From: Neodothiora populina | Taxonomy: Eukaryota | DNA: 64,000 nt | Assembly (NCBI RefSeq): GCF_041146345.1 | Contig: NW_027191419.1 | Coordinates: 744,001 to 808,000, forward strand | Direction: 5' to 3' | Shown here: in pieces, positions 24,798-37,394 of the stretch | Layout: the number at the start of each line of letters is the position of its first letter | How positions within the stretch are numbered: the stretch's first letter is position 1 | Notes under the pieces: model-generated | Databases searched by the model: none | The model's input: the letters and a program-made list of their open reading frames with translations, nothing else | What the model was told of the DNA's origin: nothing | Translations under genes and position numbers: made by a program

Positions 24798-25924
24798 ATG
24801 ACTACGCATAATCAGACACCACCCAGCGTGGCCCCCGAGATGCTCAGAGACGATAGAGGCAGCCATAGTGATACTGCTAGTGATGGTCAACGAACACTTC
24901 GACCTTCCCAGATGGAGCCAGCAGGTTACGACGAACATGGACGACCTCGCTGGTGGCCCGCTGCTCAGTATGGTCCCCTATCCAGACTTGACTCCGGCGG
25001 CGAACGACTGCCAGCCTTCGGTGGTGAATTCCAGCCTGGCCTTTATAAGCCTCCGAACAATGGCCTTGCCAATCCCGCGCCCCTCGGTCTTGCTGGCTTC
25101 GCATTGACGACTTTCGTTCTCAGCCTTGTCAATCTCGGCACAAGGGGTTTGGCCTCGCCGAGTATTGTCGTTGGGCCTGCGTATGCTTATGGTGGACTTA
25201 TCCAATTCCTTGCTGGCATGTGGTAAGTTCTCGGGCAATAGTCTCAATTGTATTGCAATGGCGGATTACCGTCATCCTTTTCTACTTTGTCCCGTTTATA
25301 CATCTTCTCACCAACATCGCTAATGAGTCCAATGATTTTGTTTCTTGTTGCAGGGAAATCGCATATGGTAACACTTTCGGTGGGTGGGCGCTGCCCTCAT
25401 ATGGCGCATTCTGGATTGGCCTCGGCATCATTTTCACGCCGGGTGGATTCGAGATCATCAGCTCGTATGGTGGAGAGAACGTCGAGTTCTACACCGCACT
25501 CGGCTTTTACATCTTCGGATGGTTCATTGTAAGCGTCACTCATCAATCACATTTGACTCGACGTCGCTAGAACACCACTAACGCCATCGACCAAAAGTTC
25601 ACCTTCCTGGTCTGGCTCATGACTCTCAGGTCCACAGTAGCCTTCTCTTCGCTCTTCCTCTTCGTCTGGCTCACCTTTCTCATGCTCGGCTGCGCGTACC
25701 TCAACACTACGACCACGGCAGGCGTCACGGCGCCGAACGAGGGCTTGGTCAGAGCGGGCGGTGCCTGTGGCATTATCGCTGCGTTTATCGCTTGGTGGAA
25801 TATGCTGGCTGGTATCGCGGACAGGAGTAATTCCTTCTTCCTGGTGCCTGTGTTACATTTCCCTTGGAGTGAGAAGGGCCGCGAGAGGAGGGCGAGTAAA
25901 GTCGATGAAGAGAAGCAGAGTTGA
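24798..25924 (+). CDS. GPR1/FUN34/YaaH (Ato/AcpA/SatP) acetate transporter family, 3 exons (24798-25222, 25354-25528, 25598-25924)
   Basis: AFGGEFQPG, ANPAPLGL, YGGLIQFLAGMWE, GNTFG, SYGAFW and TLRST motifs. Start could be 24780 or 24798. Confidence 0.92.
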
Positions 25925-27600
25925 GTCAGCCTTGAATATGAATGGACGTATGTGTACATATAGGATATATATCTGCCTTGCCGAAACATCGTGCAGCTGT
26001 GATGAACAATCTCACTCTCAGTCTGATCAATACTTTTGACTAGACACACACGCAGATCAACATTGCAAGAACACCTCTGATGGGCCTATCTGCATGCGCA
26101 TCAACATCAACAAGGAGACCGTTAGTAGAAGCATAACGAATTGGGCGCTCTCACATAACACTGAAGAGTTCTTCATTGACAAGGAATCGAACAAGGAGAA
26201 TTTGATAGAACGACGATGTTCATTGATAAATATTGCTATATTGCTATATACAAAAGCCAAACAATGAATTACGCAGATGCGTGTACAATAATAGTGTAGC
26301 AGCAACGATGTCAAATATCTGTATATAATGCGTTAGCAAAGTCTGCGATGGCATAATACAGCAGGTAATCAAAAAAATGGTTGAATTTTGAGAAATGTGA
26401 TCAGAAGGTCTCCAAGCAATGCATCAACACGAGTATTCAGAACAGGTCTGTGAATTTTGCAATGTTTTCATCTTGTAACAGGAGGGGGGTGTGTTTCAAT
26501 CAAAGGCAATGCTGATACATACCATTTCGATAATGTAAGTTTCGTAAGGTCCAGAAGCGTTGGCGACAAAGTCTAGGATGACCTTGCAATGCGCGCGCGT
26601 AGGCATGACAATCGAACACCCTTCATATAGATGTCACTGATCATCGTAACCATCGCGACCGCATTGAAAGGTCCCTGCCACTACGATCCTGTGATGCGCA
26701 GGCTTGACCTGGTGTTTGGGAGAGTGAAGAAGAAAACTCGAGATTTTGCAGAGAAATATATAAGGTGCGGGACAGCTTGGCGTTGGACTTGGCGCGGCCT
26801 ATGCGCTATAACTCACTTTCGACAACATGGTCGCTACAATCGATCAATTGTACCCTGTCCACTTGTTATCAATGGATAAAGAAAGAGGCACTGGTTTTGC
26901 TTTCAATTGTGGACATTGCGACGACGAGGAGGTATAGGTAGGAAAATTTTGATCCGATGTTCGGAGCTCAAAATCTGGAGGTTCTCGCCACTCACCCTGC
27001 ACCAAGCATCCCATGTGTCTTTGAAATGCCTTCCGTAGAATTGTACTCTTTGGCTCAGGATCGAGGATAATCTAAGCATCCTCTGTAGACTCACACTCAC
27101 GTTAGTATTCGACGCGGTGCCAACATCCTTGAGCCAGATGGGTAGCTTACTAGACGTCATAAGGAGTGGGACGAGTCCTGCATGAGGTGTCTTGCCAACT
27201 AAAAGATGACATTTCAACTGCTTGAGCGGTTCCCATCGTACGCGCATTTGACCTGGAAGGTACCTATCGTTACATGACTGTGTAGTAGTAGACGTTGCAG
27301 TAGGAATATCTTGCTTGATGTAGGTATAGCAGACGATTGGTCGATTGCTGCTGCTGCTGCACCGCCCGCTCATCGACCCACCATGATGCTGGTTCAGCAG
27401 ACAGTCATCGGGTCCTCTTCTCCATTTCTCACGTGTGAGTCTTCCTCTTTGCAATCATATAAGATGACATGGCATTCCTATCGGTTGTTGATGTCACAAC
27501 TACACGACAATTCGAATCGCACAGTTTCTTGTTCCTTCTTCATACATTTACAACATATCGTATTTCCTTTCTACGACACCACGTCTCCTGTCAAAAGGCA

Positions 27601-28188
27601 ATGTCCGGCGCTATGGACCAATTTGCGATGGCTAAAGTAGCTCGTCTCGAGCCGATCATTGGCTATGCTCTCCGCGATCCGGGTGTGGGCTGGGAAGCGC
27701 TACAAGTTGCAGGTTCGGGCGTCATCAGCGTTCGACAAATCCAGGGAGGAGTTCGTCGGATTACTCATGGCAACAAGCGCCTGGCAATCCTCGGTGATAC
27801 GGCTATCAATCACGTGCTGAGCGAGCAGTGGTTTAATTCGGGTGACAGTAAGGGTAAGTCATAACAGGAGCCGATCGTTGTGGCGTTGTTTGGCTGACCT
27901 CTGATCGCAACAGCGGAGTGGACCAAAATACGCGAAGATATAGCGAGCAATGAAGGGCTTGCGCAGCTTGGCTGGGATTCTGGTCTCGCTGACCTACTTA
28001 ACGTCAATCCTATGAACCCAGTCCCGCCAACCATGAGATTGGTCTCGGACTTGGTTGAAGCTGTCATAGGAGCTGTTGACCTTGATGGCGGAATTGATGC
28101 TGTCAAGCAGGTCATGCGTACGCTTGGGCTCTTGGACCAAGTAGCACAGGTAACGTTAGATTTCTTTATAAGCTCCAACTGCCATTGA
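27601..28188 (+). CDS. Stand-alone single-domain RNase III-like protein, about 175 aa, 2 exons (27601-27853, 27914-28188)
   Basis: LEPIIGY..WEAL and GNKRLAILGD in exon 1. After intron 27854-27913: IASNEGLAQLG..GL and VSDLVEAVIGAVDLDGG. Exon 2 is missing from the ORF track. An alternative end via intron 28150-28218 (stop 28251) is possible. Confidence 0.8.
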
Positions 28189-30417
28189 TGGCGATTACGT
28201 TAATTGGTCTTTATCTAGTGCCTCTCACGTGGAACTCGGGGTATGTTGTGAGGGGGTCACTTGGGGAACTTCCGAGAGCGCCACACCGGAGCCGAACTAC
28301 CTTTACCATTATGGTGTCAGGGAGCAGAAATTAAAAAAGTTCCGAGTTCATGTCCATCTTGTAGCCTCTGGAAGTTGCCCAGGAGAAATCCTCATGAAAG
28401 ACCCCGAGTCATACCACGTAAGCCTGGGCCCTTTCTGAGGACCACTGGAACGATAGAGGAACGACATTGCTTTTCTCCTATTGAAGCTCCGTGATCTGAT
28501 TATGGTTGTAGGAGAACTAGCTTTCGCACTCCTAAGGCAGAACGGCGATAAGGTGCAAGGCTTCAGGGAATCGAGTTTCAACACCAGCGATGAGGTATGC
28601 CTGGGAGAACGGACCACACCGTGGTGGGATACCACGGTGATGAGTTTGATGAGTTTGGTGATTTGCGTTTGAAATTTGAGTCCTTCACTTCTTGGGAACG
28701 AGGCAGGTCATGAGCCTGAGCCCAATGTCATTCCTTTTGCGTCCTTCTGATTCGATGCCTCGCGAAGAGATATGGCATTCAACATGCAAGGACGATCTCA
28801 TATGTGTTTGGTTCTGACATTATTAGCAATCAACATGTCCACTCCGCTTCAATAACGCTCATTGCCCTGATATCTAAACATATCCACGGGGTCATATCGT
28901 CCCCCCACCCCCGTATCATTTTGCCCGATATCGCTCGGAAAGCATATCTATACTGTATGTCGGCATCACTAGCAATGCCTATACATGGGTGAGACACTTT
29001 GGCGGTGAGCAGATGATCCTGTATTTACAGAAGAACATGACCCTCGATACTGTGATACGCTATTCTGCTCGCATCTGACATTTTGACTCATTCTGGGCAG
29101 ATGTCACGTTACCACGTAACGCAAACCTGTTTACCTACTTGGGCATTGCAACACTGACCCACGCTGAACGGGACATTACCTCCGCCCAAAGTCTTGGATC
29201 TGCATTGGTCTCGCAACTACAGTAGGTCCTGCGGGCCACGCGTTTCGTGTCAGGGAAGCGAAGTCTAGAAGCGATAGCAACCAAGAGGTTTTATTGCGAT
29301 ACGCTGTCACAGCCTTGTAGGACGGAGTATAGGCTTCGCTATGACATAGCCCCAATGAACAGGGGTCGTCGTGCTTTGATGGCACAGCGAACTACGGTCT
29401 CGAGAGCACGTTTATCAGATCATCTACTGTACGTGGACGTATCGTTTGAAGATCTGTGGAGACGCCATCGCATATCGCGGAGCCCCTAAAAAAATCTCAG
29501 GGTAATGCGTAGATGAGTCTGCACATCACTGCATCATTGCTCTCTCCCTCCACAGTGCTCTCTGATTATAACTTTAGCTTCGCATATTAAGGCGGTGGGA
29601 AGCAAATTAGCACTTGCTGGTCTGTTTCCTTTTTGCTTTCTCCGGACTGGCACGAGTGTTTACTTTCTCCGACGGAGATACGACACATTGCATGGAGAAG
29701 CCAGGTAGATCCATCGTGCACGTAGTGGGATTGACAAATGAAGTGAATCATCATGACTGATCGATTGTCGACATTGGAGATGCAAAGCGAAGAGAACGCA
29801 CGGGAAAAGGGGGTTTCCATACATCAGGTGAAGTTCCTGATAGAGGCTTTTGCTCGTGTGGGGGGAGTAACACCATTGGTTGGAGATGAGAAGGATTTCA
29901 TTTGAATCATTGGTTACGTTGCACCGCAGCCTGCATAACGGTTTTTGACTACTTGGACCTTAGATCGCGGTTTTGCAACAATAGAACGGGCAACAACAGA
30001 GCGGTGACTCGCGTCGCGAGGCTATGTCCTTGCCTTCGAGTGCACGCGGGTATGCATGCATACATCCGTACTCTACTATGCAAGTTTCCGTCCGCCGTTT
30101 GACCTCGACATTATGCAGCTAACAAGCGAGTGGGTCTCGAAGGGGTTGCATCTACAGACTGTCGGCACCGGCACGTCTGGTCCGACTACCAGTCTGTCCG
30201 GGGTGCATGAACAGTATCGGTGTCGCTTCGACACGATCATCTCAAACGATGGGGCAAAGAACGAAGTCCCCAGATGTCGCGTGTCTGATTTATTGGGTAT
30301 CGTTGCAGTATCACGTAGGTTGGGTAGGAAGACAACATCAATGGAGCCCAATTGCCTAGCATGGTTATATGCGAAGATGATCAGGACAGATCTCAAACGA
30401 GACAAAAGACCAAAAAA

Positions 30418-30530
30418 TCTCCTCTCCCGGAATCGAACCAGGGACCTTCCGATGGCATACGAATCTCTGGTGAACCAAGAGACGACTTTCAATTACAGTC
30501 GGACGCGATAACCAACTACACCAAGAAGAG
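30418..30530 (-). tRNA. tRNA-Tyr(GTA) with 39-nt intron (30454-30492)
   Basis: Acceptor stem CTCTTCT/AGAGGAG, anticodon stem TCCGA/TCGGA with loop CTGTAA, T arm GGTTCGATTCC, followed by a T6 terminator. Confidence 0.95.
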
Positions 30531-33500
30531 AATAGATATCGACCAGCGCAAATTAGAGAGTATAGAAATCTTAATGCAGCGGAGGTAGATCAGCCGAGAT
30601 CCCGTAGCCAAAACGCCGTTGTCTCGGACTTGTCATCAGACACTACTCGGTAAATGGCGGTGGCGGGTCGTAACGCTCGCGCATACAGTACCTACCTCTC
30701 ACTGGCCGTCTCTCCCAACCACCTCAAGCTTTTGACGCAACCGAGGTTTCTTCCTTGCTTATTCGAGAAGGGCTTTCTCCGGCCCGAGCCAAATTACGGA
30801 CATGCACCAACCGTGCAAGCTTGAGGTTATAGGTCTGACGAGTCGAAATTTCTTGTTCTATTGGTTTCAGTGTGTTTAACGTTCCTCAAGTTGCTCCCAG
30901 ATTCGTAGTTGTTGCGAATTATGACGACTGGCGGTCGACGCCGGGTTATTCTATTATGGAGTACGTACCTCACCTTACCTTACCTTACCTTCTAATCTTG
31001 CCGAACTATCGAATGGAGTTCGGTCAACGCAAAGACTGCGTCCTAAACTCCGCGGTTGTTCACGTGAGTCGTGTACTGTAGTGAAAGGCTATTGTTTGTT
31101 CTGCCGATAATTGCATTTCCATTTCCCATGAGGAACATACCGACTTCTGAGTTAGTGCTAGACAATGGCCTTGCTGTCTCTAAAGATGTCGGCGTTTACT
31201 TGCTATTCGGAGATTGAGACTCTGCTTCACGGGGCACCAATTATGTAAGTCGATCAATGGCTGCTGACCTGATAGATTCACCGAGTGTGATGCGCCATAT
31301 AGATTGATTTCCACTGCTAAGGTCGAAGCCCCAGTTGTCCTTCTTGGCCAGTCTGACCACGTTGCACGAGCACAAGTCGTGCTATACAGTACGTGAGCAC
31401 GCTCAAACTGTGTTGATGCACATGTTGCCACGCGACTTGATGATCTCCGAGGCTGGTCTCACTACCGGATCAACATGATGGGTAAGCAAGAAGGTACCCC
31501 ACGTCCGCTTTTACCTGCAAGAACAGTATACTGAAGCGAGATGGTTGACTATTGAGTAATTGGAACCACTCGCTGACAGCAGAAAACTCGTGTTGAGGAT
31601 CCACAAGCTTTGTGGATTGTTACCCCATATCCGGCCCTGAGGGTCTACAGATGTATAGCAAGATTTGACCTGCGCCGAGTCGCCTTCGCGCGCCGTGCCC
31701 GACTTGCTGGGCGGAAGCGATGCTTATAGCTCAAGAGCACGTCAAGCTGGCTGGTAATCGAACGCAGCCAGAGCGTGATTCTTCCTGGCTGACACCTTGT
31801 TCCTGGAAGGCTTGCTTATGCAGAAGCAGCGGCAATGATGTCTTTGCCAACGTACGATTCTTTGACACCATGTAATGTTTAGAACTCACGTGTAGGCAAT
31901 GTTACCGAGGATTGCTCTGGCCTTGGAGATGATTACTACTGCTAGTGTCAAAAGCAAACATGGACTGACGCACCAGTACCATCACGGACTGATTATTCGG
32001 CTCGTATGAGGCCATTGACATACGCAATCTTGCTAGGAGGAAGTCAGAATCAATCAGTTTGCGGATCAGTGTTCTGGACTCAACTATGGTAGCAACTGGG
32101 GGGCTCTCCGCATATGCCGGAATCAAATCGATCAAGGGGTCTGACTTGGACCAGACCCGTTGTCGGTATGCGTACTGCTGGCCCACAATTCCACAGCATT
32201 CGTTGCTGAGGAATACAGTACACACCAGTATCCTAGTGTACTGTCTGCCACCCACAACAGTCTAACTCTTTTGTCATGGCCCGCCTTGATGTCGTAGGAT
32301 GCTGTGGCACCAAGAGTGAGACACCAGACAAAGGAGCCGAGTACGCATACCTGCCGCGTTAAGAGACAATGTCGGCATGTGACGCATAAAAGGAAGAGGA
32401 GGTACAGCAGGTTGCAAAACCAGCTGGTTTACTTGCTGAAACATCAGAATAACAATACCAACAATACTCCGTACTGCTTGCTGTAGTGGCTCTTTGGAAG
32501 CTATATGACTATCTTAGCAGCATTCGATACTACGGTCCACCGTTAAGAGTCAGACGAGACAGTACAGAAATCGTTGGCTTGTGGTACATGAGGCCACACA
32601 GCCAGCCCAATGAAGTCGCAGTAGAACGGTGTACTGTAAGTCCTGTCGTGCGGCACAGCATGTTGTGGTGCAAGCACGTGGAGTCATGGTCAATTCACCA
32701 CAACGCTGTGATCCAATAATTAATTTATCGACAAGACAAGTGCAAGTACCCCCTTCATAGTGGACTATCACTTGAGAGGTTCGAGCTGTCCGCGTGACCT
32801 CCTTCTTCGAAAGACACTCCATACCGACTGTCTAGCCATGTGCTGTGTGCTGTGTGAGTAGCCCCATGGGAAGCGTCCGAGTGGCAGTGTCCGGAAGCAA
32901 GATGCCTGATCGGTAGAAGGCACGACGAGCGGAGGTTTTGGCGCAGGAGCGGAAAGAAGCACTTGTAGCCACCATACCAATCGGATTATTTGTCGGTATT
33001 GGCTAGTCCTGAAATAGTATCGTAAGCATCAACAGAGACGATTTATTGGTCAGGGCATTTGTCGGATTATGTCTGGGGGAATTGCCACGAGGGCTCGGCG
33101 GCCATCTGGACCCTCGTGGTGGAAGTTCGGAAGAGTGAGGGCCAAGATCTCCAGACTCGGTCCGGCGAGTCGGATCCGTTTTGCAGTCTATGCTCGCGAG
33201 AGCAGGTAAGCAGGGCTATTTGCTAAACGGAACGTTGAACTGCAACCAGCCATGAGAGAGACATTCTATGTGTCAAAGCCGGGTCAGAGCGCGAAGAAAC
33301 GGCTCCATCGAGTCAGTGATGACCGACAAAGACCCTCGACCAATAGCAACGCTTTGTTTCTTATCTATTGCTGTCCGGAAGTGGAATAGCGGGATGCACC
33401 ATGATGCTGCACTATGTCGATCGCAGAAGCAAAGAACGAGGCCAAGGATAAAAAGCAGCAGGCAAAAACACGGCAATCTACGATCTGGGTAGGTTAACCC

Positions 33501-34399
33501 AGATGGTGCAGAGACGCTGATCGGACAGTGCGATAATATCAAGACAAAGGGAGCAGCGACACCGACGGCTCATGACGAGCAGATGAGGAAATGCGGAGTT
33601 GTGGGAGTGACAGCGACAGTGACAGGGAGATGCGGTTCGGTTCACTGTAGCCCGCACTGACTAACGAGCCCATGTGTCGCGAAATGAAGGTAACATAAGT
33701 GGAGGGTCATATCGAGCGAGCGGTGAATGGCCCGAGTGTCTGTCCGCAGGAACTCACAGACGGCATTTGGTCGCGCGACACGATACGACGGGTCCAGGGT
33801 CTCTCATCATTTGGTGCTAGTTTAGTCCAACTCTAAATCCCGCCGCTCCATCACTCTGCCTTCAACTCTCATATAGGGCCCTCGCCCTCCCCAACCAGGT
33901 GTCGTCGTGTCAAGAAATTGATCGTGTGCTCTTCATCTCGTCCCCGCGACTCCAAATATACCCAAGATAACACATGCGACGTTGATCTAGTTGAGTTCCG
34001 GGAACTGCTAGTCTCTCCACGCGCCTGGTTGGTCAACTGCGAAGTCCTTATCTCGCATACCATATATTCTTCCCGTCAGACCCCCGTCGCACCACGCCTG
34101 ACAGCGACCTCCTAAATAATACTGCCCCTGCCTTGCCTTGCGATCGTAGACCGACTATCTCGTTCTAGTTCGCTTGCTGCCTTGACCGCGTACCTGTTCT
34201 TCATTCCATTCGCCTTTCTAGAAGAAGAAGGCGGTTCCAGCGACGCCTTTGTTCTCTACTCATTTTAACCCACCTCGACCCACCACTACATCTCATCATT
34301 TCCTCTCTTTGATGCTGTTCCTGTAGATCACACAGGCGCATAACGAGACCCGAGATATCCTTACGAAAACAACATCAGCATCATTATCAACCTGCAAAC

Positions 34400-35474
34400 A
34401 TGGCTGCCGTCCTGCCGCAAACCATCAATTCTCCCCCCCACTTCGGTCAATCAACCTACCAGCAGAACTCTACTCCTCCTTCAAATAACGTTTCGCCTTC
34501 GAATCACTCTTCATACCTTCATGCGCGCCAGGTGCGCCAACCTAAGCAGCCGCTCTATATCCCTGCTGTCTACCGTCCGACCGAGATCAGCGTCTCTCGT
34601 CAGTCGTCCATCACCCCACCGCGTAGTGCGAACAACAGCGTCGACAGCAATGCCAGCAACCCGATCAAGTTCAACCTACCGAGCTCGCCTCCACTCAGCC
34701 CAGACGAGGGAAGCGAGAGATCCTTTGCTCCCTGGGGCCAGGGCAGCATTTCGAGAGTCGTCACTGACGAGTGGAACGACGATGCGCTCGGCGCTGTGAC
34801 CGGAGCACCTACGAGAAATCATTGGAAGGTCAGTACTTATAATATCGTTTACTTTCTCCTTCTCTCCCAGGATCATCCGCAATGTCGAAAGGGCCAGGGG
34901 ATCTTGTCCTTTTTATTTGCGCGTACCCATCAATGTCGATCTTGGTTTGGGGCAGGTGACGCGAGAGCACGCCATCAAGGTGTTCGGTCACCTGCGACTT
35001 CCCTAAAAGTTGCCTATGTGTCACAACTTCCTTCCTTGTTGATTATGCAATTATTTCATCCAATGCACAATCCCGCTGACACCTTTGATACAGCCTGACT
35101 CTAGCACCGGCACCTGCACCTCTCCGTCTTGTGCTCAGCCTTTCACCTTCTTCGCGCGGCGCCATCATTGCCGCCGTTGTGGAAACATATACTGCAGCTC
35201 CCACACTCCTCACGCTGTCCCTCTGGATCAAGAGGCACGCTTCCACCCTGAGGGCACCCCTCAACGCGCTTGCGATTCTTGCTACTCGGACTACCGCACC
35301 TGGCGCATGAGCAGGACGTCTCGTACAAACAGCGTCACTAGCAAGGGCAGCTCAGAGACGACCACCATGCCTGTCGGCGTTCCCATTCTCAGGGATTCTG
35401 ACGAGCAGAACCAACAAAACGTTGCCGGCAGCGTCGCTCAGAGCTTCGGCTACTCCCAGTGGAGTACTTTTTAA
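34400..35474 (+). CDS. PIB2: Pib2-like FYVE-domain protein, 2 exons (34400-34828, 35094-35474)
   Basis: Splicing gives HWKPD...C....C..PFTFFARRHHCRRCGNIYC...RACDSC (FYVE). RQPKQPLYIPAVYRP and the C-terminal VAGSV...QWSTF resemble Pib2 conserved motifs. Confidence 0.8.
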
Positions 35475-37394
35475 GGGGCTCGCAACTCCCATTCCTCCTT
35501 TGTCGACGGAGGAAATACTCAATTGATACCCATGCGCTCACTTTACACGATTAACATGCTGCGTTTTAGCGCTTCCTTTCACTACACAGGCCGATGACTA
35601 GCATTGTCGGTCCACCAATCGTACCTTCTTTGGTCTCGCGTAAAGCGTTGCATCGACATTGCAGTGATGCCCTATCTCCCCATTCCCACCTTTACGATAG
35701 TGGGGATCGGATCACATTAATTTCCCTCGTTCTTATCATTCGGCGCGGCGTTCGGGGGTATACTTATTATTGCTTGTCGGAGTTTATAGATGAATGGACT
35801 CCTCACAAGTAGACGGATTGGCTTTACGGGAATCGTACTGGGGCGGATAACTTTTTACGCTTGATACCAATGTTTCTAGCTCTTCGCATACGCATAAATT
35901 ACTATTATTGCTACACGTTGCGTCTTTCCTCCTGTTTTTAAGTGAATACACGCGCCGACCGCTGTGCAGCAGACTGACTTGCTGATCAATGGAGCATGGG
36001 TTATGCTCAGAGGAAACACTGAAGGAGCTGCACCAGTCCACACCCTCTCTCGCATGCGAGTTATGAGGGGCTACGTGGAGGCGGTGTAAGCTCCGTACAC
36101 ACCCTCGGTAGAATAGCAGCTTGTCACGGTGCCATCAGTAAATATCATACGGTGTAACCCATTTTTCTTGTTTGCTTTTAGTGTCTCCCCTTCATCCGAA
36201 TGTAAGCAAAGCAGAAGTGGGTTACCCACTTTCCGTTAGCGAGCACATGGTCTACATTAGCACCAGACGAACATCAATTTGGCCATAGTGTTTGCTCGAT
36301 ATTGAGGTACGCCCGTGCCTGCATTTGTTACGGAGTTATAGCGAGTTGCTAAAATGGAAATAGGAAGGAGCAACGTTGCGCGGTTTTGATCATAATTAGT
36401 CTTGTTGGCCGGAAACAGCTGTTTTGTCACTAATCCGTGACATCGCCGCTCGGATTAGATAGGATAGTGCAGACCGACATTCGACTACTCGTGATTTCTA
36501 TTATATTGCGACACCGCAACAGGAATAACGAGCGACTTGAGGATCTACAGCGAGGAAACATCATACACATCGACACACATCACTATGGATCACCGCACAT
36601 CATAAAGGCCACGAAAAAGTCAGAGCATGGTTGTGATCCACAATGCAAGTCTGAAGGCCAGGGTCGCCCTCGAGCTTACGGCAATCAAAGTTCTGTGCCA
36701 CGAGTCTCCCCAAATGACACAACGCTCAATGATTTACAGTAAAGTAAGCTCTCCACAAGCGACACCCAAAATAGGCAATGAAGTCCAACAGAGATGCAGT
36801 CGAAACAACCTTTGTCGAATCTACAGTTCACACACTTGAGTTGACATTTGAGCCAATCGCACAGCCACGACGCAATTTCTGACATGTGGCGCAGAGATCA
36901 CAAAGAGTGGCGATTCACGGCGGCGACCTTCCGAACCCCCGACTTCATACGCCACAGATCTTGGTGTTCGAGACCTCCACCATGTCGGCCGCGCCGTAAA
37001 TCGATGTCACAACCTGAAGTTGAGTCATCAGATAGCTGTATTACTCAGAACCCTAGAAGCAAGCTGCATAATGCAGCCAATGACAATACAGGTGGCAGCA
37101 TACAGACAGATTGCAAGCTCTAGTGGCGAAATGTAGGTTTAGTGAAGATACGTGCTCACTGACGAATCTATTGGTACGCGTGGCTCACTGCTACCTACTT
37201 CCCCGCCAGGTACGTCTTCCTCGCGTCTTCTGGATGCTTCCCACATGTCGGTCATCGGTGCATAGTTCGTTGCGACAAGTCGTCGTTATTGTGTTGCCTA
37301 AGGCGAGGTGGGTAGTATAAGACCTTTCCATAGTCGTCTGTGTTCCCCGATTTCATCTTTCAATCATCACACATCACACAGAAACAAAACAATC

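Noticed and set aside
28219..28600. Apparent extra exons after the RNase III gene (GTAAGC at 28418, TAG at 28511)
   Set aside because: Phase does not match RNase III exon 2 and the peptide has no dsRBD resemblance.
31599..36231. Short inverted repeats at 31599-31617, 33085-33119 and 36215-36231
   Set aside because: Stems of 8-9 bp are expected by chance in 64 kb; no target-site duplications or second copies suggest a MITE.
37228..37240. HSE-like TTCnnGATnnTTC upstream of HSP20
   Set aside because: The central unit is mismatched; plausible but too weak to call.
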